The notes beneath the pieces were generated by a model, which was given only the letters and a program-made list of their open reading frames with translations, had not been told where the DNA came from and did no database searches. A stretch of DNA of 23,499 nt, taken from Candidatus Zixiibacteriota bacterium. Lineage in GTDB: Bacteria > Zixibacteria > MSB-5A5 > GN15 > JAAZOE01. Below, piece by piece: positions 1-7,321 of this stretch. Positions within the stretch are counted from its first letter, which is position 1. The number at the start of each line of letters is the position of its first letter. The position numbers and the translations under genes were made by a program. The stretch lies in contig JBDREQ010000037.1 in the NCBI GenBank assembly GCA_043819555.1, forward strand, positions 1 to 23,499. The letters are read 5' to 3'.

Positions 1-1
1 A

Positions 2-3000
2 ATCTGTTTTGACGTTACCGCGTCCGATCCTGATCCCAATGACAGTGTCACAATATTACTTTTAAGCGGTCCAGGGAATTTCAATTTGACCGGCAATGGA
101 ATCGGTACACAGTGCTTCCTTCCGGAAAATCTGGATTCCGCGCGTTATGTGTTTGGGTATTATGTTACCGATAATTGTTTGCGGGGCGAGCCGCCTTCAA
201 AATGTCCAACCGATTCGGTGGTCATAACCGTTATAATCGGGACGCCACCGTCGATAGAATGTCCGCCACTTTCAAATATCAATCTGTGTGCTCCCGATAA
301 TGTCTGTTTGCCGTTGAATATTCTTCCAGCCGATGCCGTTGTGACCATTGCCGAATCTAATGCGACTTACGAGAATGGCCAGATATGCTTCTATGCCGAC
401 CAGACCGGAGATTATACATTCAATGTCACCGTTTCGAATGATTGCGGCGAGTCCACCTGCCAGGTCGTTTTTGACGTCACGGTTGGGACACCGCCGTCGA
501 TAGAATGTCCGCCAACTCTGGCCGCCAAACTTTGCGAACCGGGTTATATTCAGGCTTATATAGGCCAGTTTGGACCCGATATACAAATTACAATCACCCC
601 CGATGTTGAGATAGTCAATGACTCCATAACATTTTTCGCCGAAGCGCCGGGCGATTATTGTTTTGGAATCAGGGGAGAGAATGATTGCGGATTTAATGTC
701 TGTAGCTTCTGCATTACTGTTGAGTTCGATTTGCCTCCTGTAATTTCTATTCCCGATACGACTATATCCCTATGTCAATCGGAAGAAATCTGTTTGCCGG
801 TCACGTTTAGCGACCCCGATGGGAATTTATCCGAAGTACGCGCGCTTGATCCATACATAATAGTAAATGACGCGGTATGTTTCATTCCCGCTGAACCGGG
901 AATATTTGAAATTATTGTTACTGCGATAGACGAATGCGGCAATGAAGCATTTGATACCGCGACTGTTATGGTCACAATAAACGAACTTCCGACAGTTTCA
1001 ATTGAGGATACAACGGTATTTAATTGCTATGCCTCTGAAATTTGTATTCCTGTGATATTTGGCGACATTGACGGCGAGATCGTCTTAATTGAAGCAGAAG
1101 CCCCGGCCTATTATGACGCCGATAATCAACAGGTTTGTCTATATGTAGAAGCTCCCGGAACTTTTGAAATCAATATATCCGTATATGATGATTGCGGCGC
1201 TATGGCCACCGATGTCGGAACCGTATCGGCTAAATTTAACTCGCATCCCAAACTTGCCTTGGGTTCATACCCCAGCACAGCCTGCGAACTTGAGGAAATC
1301 TGTGTTCCCGTGATGGTCACGGACATTGATGAAAATGTAATTTCTTTGAGTACCGTCAGCAGTTGCGGTGAGGAAATAACATTTAACGAAATTGACAGTA
1401 CTTTCTGCTGGACTCCAAATGCTTTTTCCGGCTGTGAACTGACTGTAACTGTGACGGATGAATGCGGCGGAACTGATGTTGTCACACTTGACATAGTGAT
1501 TGAACAAAAACCTCAGCCGCATCCGATATGCCCCAATGATACAATCATGTTTATTTGCGAGCCGGGACAGGTCTGTCTGGAACTTGAAGAGATTCCGGGA
1601 ATCAGCGTCAATATTGTTCCGGAAACCTTTATTTATTCTCCGGAAAATAATACAATTTGCTATTTTGCCGACGGAAATCGAACTGACACATTATTGATTA
1701 TTGATGCCAATGAATGTAGTGTAGATACCTGCAGTTTTGTAATAGAAACAAAATTAAACTCATCACCGACTTTCTCAGGCAATACAAAACCGTCCCAGAA
1801 ATCGTTCTGTGACAGTCTTTATTTGTGTATAAATATCGCCGTCGAAGATCCTGATAATAATCTAAGAGACATTTATGTCGAGGGGGGATGTCCGGGTGTT
1901 ACTTACAATGAAGCGACTGGTCAGATGTGCCTGATGATCCGCAAAGAAATTCATTGCCAGGTCGACTTAATCGCGGTCGACTCCTGTAATGCCTCGGCAA
2001 GAATTAGTATTCCAATCGATGCGGTTCCTAATAAATCTCCGGTTATAAGCTTTCCCAACATTGAAGGAATTGTTCGTTGTCCTACCGATGAGGAACCGAT
2101 CGTAATTTCAGATATCTGCGTTACTGATCCGGATTTTGGCGACGTTACTTTGGCGCTCGATTCGGGCATGGGTGAATTTGCTTTTGATCCAATCCTGGGA
2201 TGCGGAACCCTGACGTTTGTACCTCCAGCGAATGATTCGGTGGAATATTGTTTCAAATTCAAAGCCGCCGATGATTGTTCGGAAAGCTATAAAACATATT
2301 GTGTAAATGTCTATCCTGCGACGATATGTGAAACCTGCATCCACGTCTCAATCGAAGGTCCGCCCAAATGTGTCAACAATGGCGCGATTTCAACAGTCAA
2401 TGTTATCGTCGACGCCATTGAAAATATGGCCGCTTTCGATATTTTGCTATCCTATGATGCTACTGCAATAAACTTTTTGACCGCCGATTTGGGAACGGCC
2501 ATTAGTGGCTGGGAATATTTCACCTATCGGTATGGCAAAGATGGGAATTGTGAAGGCCAATGTCCATCAGGTTTACTGAGACTGGTGGCTATCGCCGATG
2601 TTAATAATGGATCCCTCCATCCACCCCAGGATCAGTATTATCCCGCAGGCGTATTGGCCTCGATGACATTCAAAGTGTCTTCCGATGTGAATATTGGCGG
2701 CCAGAATGTCCCCATCAGTTTCTTCTGGTTTGACTGCGGCGATAATACCATCTCTGATATTTCCGGGCAATATCTCTATCTGGACAAATTGGTAATCAGC
2801 CGTGAAGGGAATATCATCTGGGATGAAACCAACGATGATGTTTATCCTGAAAACCAGCGCATCTTCGGAGTAGGCGCTTCGGATGAATGTGTGACCGGAT
2901 TCAAAGACCCTCCGATTCGCTGCATTGATTTCAAAAATGGCGAGCTTTGCGTAATCCATCCCGATTCAATTGACGCTCGGGGAGATATTAATCTTAACGG

Positions 3001-3835
3001 CATCGCCTATGAAATAGCAGATGCTGTTTTATATACCAATTTCTTTATCTCCGGACTGAAAGCTTTCCATATATCGCCTCCTGCCCAAATCGCCGCATCC
3101 GATGTCAATGGCGACGGTCTCCCGTTGACAATCGCCGATCTGGTGCATCTGGTGAGGATAATCACTGGGGATATTTCGCCTATGCCGAAGCTTTCGGCCG
3201 TCGAAACGGAGGTACCGGTTACTCTCCGGAGAATAGAGAATAACTTCACCCTATCGATTGATTCTCCCGAGTCAATCGGAGCCATGTTATTGGTATTTTC
3301 TTATCAGGGAGATTTATTTGCTGGGCCGTTAGTTATAAATAAAACTGAAAGCATGAGCATGCTGACGGGATTTAATGATTACGGTGAATTTAGGATTCTG
3401 CTTTACAGTTTGCAGACGGGTCATAGGATTGAGGCTGGCGAATCGGAATTGGTAAGTATCGCCATACCGGAAGGCATTGAATTCAGGCTTATCGATGTTG
3501 ACATGGCTGATTATAATGCCAATACAATGACGGCAATAATAGAGAATCAAGCCCTGCCGAATAAGTTGGCTCTCTCGCAAAACTATCCCAATCCGTTTAA
3601 TCCGCGCACCTCGTTTAGGCTGACCCTGCCGGAAGCCTCCGATTATGTAGTGACAATTTACAACGTAACCGGACAGGCGATAAAAACATGGACTGGGTAT
3701 GGCCAGGCGGGACAACATCTGTTCGAATGGGATGGCACCGACGCGAACGGGATTTTGGTCTCGTCGGGAATATACTTTTACAAAGCTTCAGCTTCCGGAA
3801 ATCAAGCTATTCGCAAAATGGTGTTTCTAAAATAA
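2..3835 (+). CDS. Large secreted Cys-rich multidomain protein (5'-truncated by window): tandem Ig/cadherin-like repeats, cohesin-like domain, dockerin-like domain, C-terminal FlgD-Ig/T9SS type-A-like sorting domain
   Basis: The frame is open from base 2 (ICFDVTASDPDPNDSV...), so the true start lies upstream of the window. Repeats of about 80-95 aa end in (N/D)(D/E)CG-like motifs. A paired Ca-binding dockerin-like motif is present (RGDINLNG...IADAV / SDVNGDG..LTIADLVHL). The C-terminus reads LSQNYPNPFNP...WDGTD..G..VSSGIYFYK...RKMVFLK. Confidence 0.85.
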   Translation: MCFDVTASDPDPNDSVTILLLSGPGNFNLTGNGIGTQCFLPENLDSARYVFGYYVTDNCLRGEPPSKCPTDSVVITVIIGTPPSIECPPLSNINLCAPDNVCLPLNILPADAVVTIAESNATYENGQICFYADQTGDYTFNVTVSNDCGESTCQVVFDVTVGTPPSIECPPTLAAKLCEPGYIQAYIGQFGPDIQITITPDVEIVNDSITFFAEAPGDYCFGIRGENDCGFNVCSFCITVEFDLPPVISIPDTTISLCQSEEICLPVTFSDPDGNLSEVRALDPYIIVNDAVCFIPAEPGIFEIIVTAIDECGNEAFDTATVMVTINELPTVSIEDTTVFNCYASEICIPVIFGDIDGEIVLIEAEAPAYYDADNQQVCLYVEAPGTFEINISVYDDCGAMATDVGTVSAKFNSHPKLALGSYPSTACELEEICVPVMVTDIDENVISLSTVSSCGEEITFNEIDSTFCWTPNAFSGCELTVTVTDECGGTDVVTLDIVIEQKPQPHPICPNDTIMFICEPGQVCLELEEIPGISVNIVPETFIYSPENNTICYFADGNRTDTLLIIDANECSVDTCSFVIETKLNSSPTFSGNTKPSQKSFCDSLYLCINIAVEDPDNNLRDIYVEGGCPGVTYNEATGQMCLMIRKEIHCQVDLIAVDSCNASARISIPIDAVPNKSPVISFPNIEGIVRCPTDEEPIVISDICVTDPDFGDVTLALDSGMGEFAFDPILGCGTLTFVPPANDSVEYCFKFKAADDCSESYKTYCVNVYPATICETCIHVSIEGPPKCVNNGAISTVNVIVDAIENMAAFDILLSYDATAINFLTADLGTAISGWEYFTYRYGKDGNCEGQCPSGLLRLVAIADVNNGSLHPPQDQYYPAGVLASMTFKVSSDVNIGGQNVPISFFWFDCGDNTISDISGQYLYLDKLVISREGNIIWDETNDDVYPENQRIFGVGASDECVTGFKDPPIRCIDFKNGELCVIHPDSIDARGDINLNGIAYEIADAVLYTNFFISGLKAFHISPPAQIAASDVNGDGLPLTIADLVHLVRIITGDISPMPKLSAVETEVPVTLRRIENNFTLSIDSPESIGAMLLVFSYQGDLFAGPLVINKTESMSMLTGFNDYGEFRILLYSLQTGHRIEAGESELVSIAIPEGIEFRLIDVDMADYNANTMTAIIENQALPNKLALSQNYPNPFNPRTSFRLTLPEASDYVVTIYNVTGQAIKTWTGYGQAGQHLFEWDGTDANGILVSSGIYFYKASASGNQAIRKMVFLK
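239..513 (+). repeat. Intragenic near-identical direct repeat encoding GTPPSIECPP (copies at about 239-268 and 485-514)
   Basis: gggacgccaccgtcgatagaatgtccgcca versus gggacaccgccgtcgatagaatgtccgcca: 2 synonymous differences, marking domain-repeat boundaries 82 codons apart. Confidence 0.85.
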
Positions 3836-3859
3836 AGAATTAAAAAAATACCCCATCTC

Positions 3860-3897
3860 AAAGCGAAGCCCGTCTGTAAAGGCGGGCTTTGCGTTTA
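3860..3897. terminator. Probable bidirectional intrinsic terminator between convergent genes
   Basis: Stem aagcccgtc (3866-3874), loop tgtaaa, stem ggcgggctt (3881-3889), flanked by A-rich and T-rich sequence, between the stops at 3835 (+) and 3913 (-). Confidence 0.75.
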
Positions 3898-3912
3898 ATA
3901 GAATACTTTCGT

Positions 3913-4383
3913 TTATTTGTGATAACTGCCGCCGGCATTGATGTTCAGGACCCGGTATAATTGCTCAAGCAGCGCCAGTCGTATAATTTGATGAGACATC
4001 GTCAGGGATGACATATTCAGGATAAAATCGGCCTTGCGCACTATTTCATCCGAAAGTCCGAAAGGTCCCCCAATAATAAATTCAAGCGTCGAAATAGAAT
4101 GATTTTGCCAAAAAACAAATTTATCGGCCAACTCCACTGTGTTCAATGTTTGTCCTTTTAAATCGAGAGCGATAACATAGCCGTTCTTCAACCGCGATGT
4201 GGTGCGTTCGCCTTCATTGATTTTGGCTTTTACTATATCTGTCGCAGAATTGTACTTTTCTTCGGCAATAGTCGAAATTTCCAGGCGAGCGTATTTTTTT
4301 ATTAATTTTGCATAATGAATGACAGCATCATTGACCCAACTATGTTTATCTTTGCCAACCGTTATGATATGAATATTCAGCAT
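3913..4383 (-). CDS. rlmH: 23S rRNA (pseudouridine-1915-N3)-methyltransferase RlmH
   Basis: 156 aa SPOUT methyltransferase with I.IITVGK, ALD..G, FIIGGPFGL, LTMSHQ..RL.LLEQLYR and C-terminal GSYHK motifs. Confidence 0.96.
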   Translation of the reverse strand: MLNIHIITVGKDKHSWVNDAVIHYAKLIKKYARLEISTIAEEKYNSATDIVKAKINEGERTTSRLKNGYVIALDLKGQTLNTVELADKFVFWQNHSISTLEFIIGGPFGLSDEIVRKADFILNMSSLTMSHQIIRLALLEQLYRVLNINAGGSYHK

Positions 4384-4782
4384 CTAACCTTCGATGATCT
4401 TAACCCAAACTTTGCGTGTCCGGGGACCGTCAAATTCGCAAAAGTAAATATCCTGCCAGGCACCCAGCATTAATTTGCCATCGTTTATAATTACCGAAGC
4501 CGATGATCCCATCAGACTGGCCTTAATATGAGCCGGCGAATTCCCCTCAGCATGCCGATAATCTCCCGCCTGAGGAATTGTTTTATCAAGATGCGCCAAT
4601 ATATCGCGTTTGACATTAGGGTCGGCGTTTTCATTGATTGTAATTCCGGCAGTTGTGTGAGCCGCGTAAACGGTGACGATACCGCTTTTTATATTTGCTT
4701 CGGTGACGATGCTTTGAACCTGAGATGTTATATCTGTAAACTGGCAGACTGACGCGGTCGGTACCGAAAATGATTCCAGCAT
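4384..4782 (-). CDS. yjbQ: YjbQ/UPF0047 family protein (secondary thiamine-phosphate synthase-like)
   Basis: Motifs HTTAGITINENADP.V..D, Y.H.EGNSPAHIKASL.G and LG.WQ.IYFCEFDGPR.R. Start moved to the ATG at 4782, which has GGAG 8 nt upstream. Its TAG stop directly abuts the rlmH ATG. Confidence 0.93.
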   Translation of the reverse strand: MLESFSVPTASVCQFTDITSQVQSIVTEANIKSGIVTVYAAHTTAGITINENADPNVKRDILAHLDKTIPQAGDYRHAEGNSPAHIKASLMGSSASVIINDGKLMLGAWQDIYFCEFDGPRTRKVWVKIIEG

Positions 4783-4813
4783 AATTCTCACTCCATTAAT
4801 CAATTAATCCAAA

Positions 4814-4842
4814 AAGATAAGTGTTATAAATTCTTCGAACAA
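4814..4842 (-). promoter_or_regulatory. Possible sigma70 promoter for yjbQ-rlmH
   Basis: Minus strand TTGTTC-N17-TATCTT, about 30 nt upstream of the yjbQ start. This is a weak match in AT-rich DNA. Confidence 0.3.
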
Positions 4843-4948
4843 GATAAATCCTATTCATATTGAGATTTGTATTTTTAATGTCAAATCATATATTAGACTT
4901 TACATCTCGAAGTTGACTTTATTTACTTATTTTACTGAGGGACCTCGC

Positions 4949-5035
4949 ATGCACAATATATATACGAGCCGGGATTATAGCGAAGCTAAGATTTGTCTTC
5001 CGCCCGAAAGCGCAGAGGAGGATGGCTTATGTTAA
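4949..5035 (+). CDS. Putative 28-aa leader peptide/uORF (MHNIYTSRDYSEAKICLPPESAEEDGLC)
   Basis: GAGGG lies 7 nt upstream of ATG 4949. The TAA at 5033-5035 overlaps the start region of the next gene (ATGTTAA). No homology recognised. Confidence 0.3.
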   Translation: MHNIYTSRDYSEAKICLPPESAEEDGLC

Positions 5036-5583
5036 AAATTATTTATATACTTTGTACATCGATCATGTTATCATTAACGGGATCGGCACAGGCACAATTC
5101 ACATCGAGCTGTCTCGATAGCGTTCAAATGCTTATCTCCTCCGATGAACGGGTGAAGATATATACAAACGACAGCCTCGAACATTCCGGTCGCTTAATGT
5201 CGGTCAATTCTGAAAATTCACTTTTGACGATTTTTCAAACAGATGTAAACGAAGACACAACTCCATTTATTGATGCCCCTGCTAAAACAACTATTTCCAG
5301 TCAAATAATTGAAGGAGAACAGATTGTCAAAATTGAGTATTACCGGAAAGGGAAAACGCATCCGGCATATGTTATCATCGGTTTTTTCGTTGGCGGGGCG
5401 GCGGGCCAGGCAATTGAAATGGCCATCGATCCCAGTTATGATTATGCTCTGTTTCCCTTCAAAACGCCCAAAGCATATACGCATGGCCAATGGATTGGCG
5501 CGGCGGCGGGAACTCTGGCCGGATATTTTTTACCGAAATTATTTCACAGATCACGAACCATAGAATGCGAAAGTAAAAAGTAA
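5029..5583 (+). CDS. Hypothetical exported/membrane protein (signal peptide, small beta domain, two Gly-rich hydrophobic helices)
   Basis: Start moved to ATG 5029, which has a strong GAGGAGG SD. The N-terminus MLKIIYILCTSIMLSLTGSAQA looks like a signal peptide. C-terminal YVIIGFFVGGAAG and WIGAAAGTLAGY are glycine-zipper-like. Confidence 0.75.
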   Translation: MLKIIYILCTSIMLSLTGSAQAQFTSSCLDSVQMLISSDERVKIYTNDSLEHSGRLMSVNSENSLLTIFQTDVNEDTTPFIDAPAKTTISSQIIEGEQIVKIEYYRKGKTHPAYVIIGFFVGGAAGQAIEMAIDPSYDYALFPFKTPKAYTHGQWIGAAAGTLAGYFLPKLFHRSRTIECESKK

Positions 5584-5606
5584 CGGCAAACAAAGGGAGT
5601 ATATTC

Positions 5607-6368
5607 ATGCTTGCATTAATAAAAACATTATCAGCAATTGTGATAATAACCATCGCCTTAAATGGATGCAGTCTGATTGGATTGGGAGTCGGGGCGGCAA
5701 TTGATTCACACGCGCAACCGACAAAGATGATTCATCCCTGGGCAGTCAATACAATAAATCCAGGCGACAGCGTTACCGCCCATCTCATAGACGGCCGCCG
5801 TCTAAGCGGCACATATCAAGGCATAAGGCCATCGGATGAAAATAAATACCAGGAGAAATATGATAATTTTGTCGGCCAACTCAAGGATTCCTGCCGGATG
5901 CCGGTTTTTAATGAGAATGTTTCCATAACACTTAAGTCTGGAGCCAACATAGAAGAAAAATTCCTTGGGTTTGATATTCTGATTTCCGCACTAAATCCCC
6001 GCGATACCACCCGTATTATTTCCCACAACCCCGATCTTTATTGCTATGCAGTCGGCAAAAATCAAGAGGAAAGTCCGCAGAAATATTTTTTGTACGATAT
6101 AAAAAATTATAATGGAGAAGAAAGCGCCAGTATCAACCGCTCATGTATCTGGAAAATGGCGGTTGCAGGAAAATTGCCGCTGCGTTCATCCATATTTGTC
6201 AGAGATTCAATTGGGATTATGAATGCCGGAATTGATGAAATCTCAACCCTCGAAATATGTAATAAACGCAATGCCAAATGGTGGGGTCTTGGTTTGGGAT
6301 TGGCCGTAGATGCCACAATTATAATATTAATGGCGGCGACCATGGGCAGCATAAGCGGGGGATTTTGA
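5607..6368 (+). CDS. Hypothetical lipoprotein with C-terminal Gly-rich transmembrane helix
   Basis: GGGAG SD, lipobox LNGC followed by SLIGLGVGAAID, and C-terminal WWGLGLGLAVDATIIILMAAT. Confidence 0.78.
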   Translation: MLALIKTLSAIVIITIALNGCSLIGLGVGAAIDSHAQPTKMIHPWAVNTINPGDSVTAHLIDGRRLSGTYQGIRPSDENKYQEKYDNFVGQLKDSCRMPVFNENVSITLKSGANIEEKFLGFDILISALNPRDTTRIISHNPDLYCYAVGKNQEESPQKYFLYDIKNYNGEESASINRSCIWKMAVAGKLPLRSSIFVRDSIGIMNAGIDEISTLEICNKRNAKWWGLGLGLAVDATIIILMAATMGSISGGF

Positions 6369-6403
6369 TATTGATGGCAGAAGCGAAAAACAGTGATTAA
6401 GGT

Positions 6404-7321
6404 TTATTCAAATAAAGCCTCGACAAACGTTTCCGGATTAAAAGGTTTTAAATCATCGATTTGTTCACCAAGCCCGATAAAATCTATCGGAACCGACATC
6501 TCTTCAGCAATCGCAATGACCACTCCGCCTTTGGCCGTGCCATCGAGCTTGGTGACGATCAATCCATCACAGGATCCTGCCGCATCGGTGAACACTTTTA
6601 CCTGCGACAATGCGTTTTGTCCGGTTGTGCCGTCGAGGATTAATTTGGGTTTAATATTTTCTTCAGGGACGACTTTTAACAAAACACGCCTAATCTTTTT
6701 CAACTCTTCCATAAGATGGGTTTTGGTGTGCAATCTTCCAGCGGTATCGATCAGGAGGATATCAGTTCCCTTGGCCTTGGCCGATGAGGCGGCATCAAAG
6801 GCTACGGCGGCCGGGTCACTCCCGTCTTTAGCTCGGATAAAATCGACTCCCGAACGGTCAGCCCAAATCGCCAATTGATCGACGGCCGCGGCGCGAAAAG
6901 TATCGCAGGCGGCGATCATTACGCTTTTACCGTTTTGAGAAAAGAATCGGGCAAGTTTCCCAACCGATGTGGTTTTACCGGTGCCATTGACGCCCATTAT
7001 CAGCCATACCGTCGGATTGGTGCCGCATAACGCCAGCGGATCGCGATCGGTTTTAATTATTGCCGCGATTTCCGATTTCAAGGCGCCGAGAATTTCATCC
7101 GTCTCTTTAATATTCTTCCGGGCAACCTGTTCTTTCAGGTTTTCGATTATTTTCATGCTGGCCGAAACGCCGACGTCGCCCTGAAGGAGAATTTCCTCAA
7201 TTTTATCAAGAAGATCATCATCGACTTTGGCGGCCAAACCGACAACATGCCGAACTTTTCCGACAATGTTCTCTTTGGTTTTGGAAAGCCCTTGCTTAAA
7301 GTTCTTAAGGAAATTTCGCAT
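6404..7321 (-). CDS. ftsY: Signal recognition particle receptor FtsY (NG domain only)
   Basis: GVNGTGKTTS.GKLA, DTFRAAA, DTAGR, TKLDGTAKGG and GLGE.IDDL.PF motifs. The start overlaps the smc stop (TAATG). Confidence 0.97.
   Translation of the reverse strand: MRNFLKNFKQGLSKTKENIVGKVRHVVGLAAKVDDDLLDKIEEILLQGDVGVSASMKIIENLKEQVARKNIKETDEILGALKSEIAAIIKTDRDPLALCGTNPTVWLIMGVNGTGKTTSVGKLARFFSQNGKSVMIAACDTFRAAAVDQLAIWADRSGVDFIRAKDGSDPAAVAFDAASSAKAKGTDILLIDTAGRLHTKTHLMEELKKIRRVLLKVVPEENIKPKLILDGTTGQNALSQVKVFTDAAGSCDGLIVTKLDGTAKGGVVIAIAEEMSVPIDFIGLGEQIDDLKPFNPETFVEALFE

Noticed and set aside
3836..3930. rlmH 3' end as a genomic-island integration site (as for SCCmec/orfX)
   Set aside because: Only 77 nt containing a terminator separate rlmH from the convergent gene. 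No recombinase or att-like duplication is visible.
4937..5030. Known riboswitch (e.g. c-di-GMP-I) suggested by the GAAA tetraloop
   Set aside because: The other conserved elements of classes I know are not recognisable. It is kept only as an unclassified structured leader.
6366..6368. Other TGA stops (6368, dtd, maf, CxxCH lipoprotein) as possible Sec codons
   Set aside because: They are either followed almost immediately by another stop or overlap the next gene's start at the normal family C-terminus.
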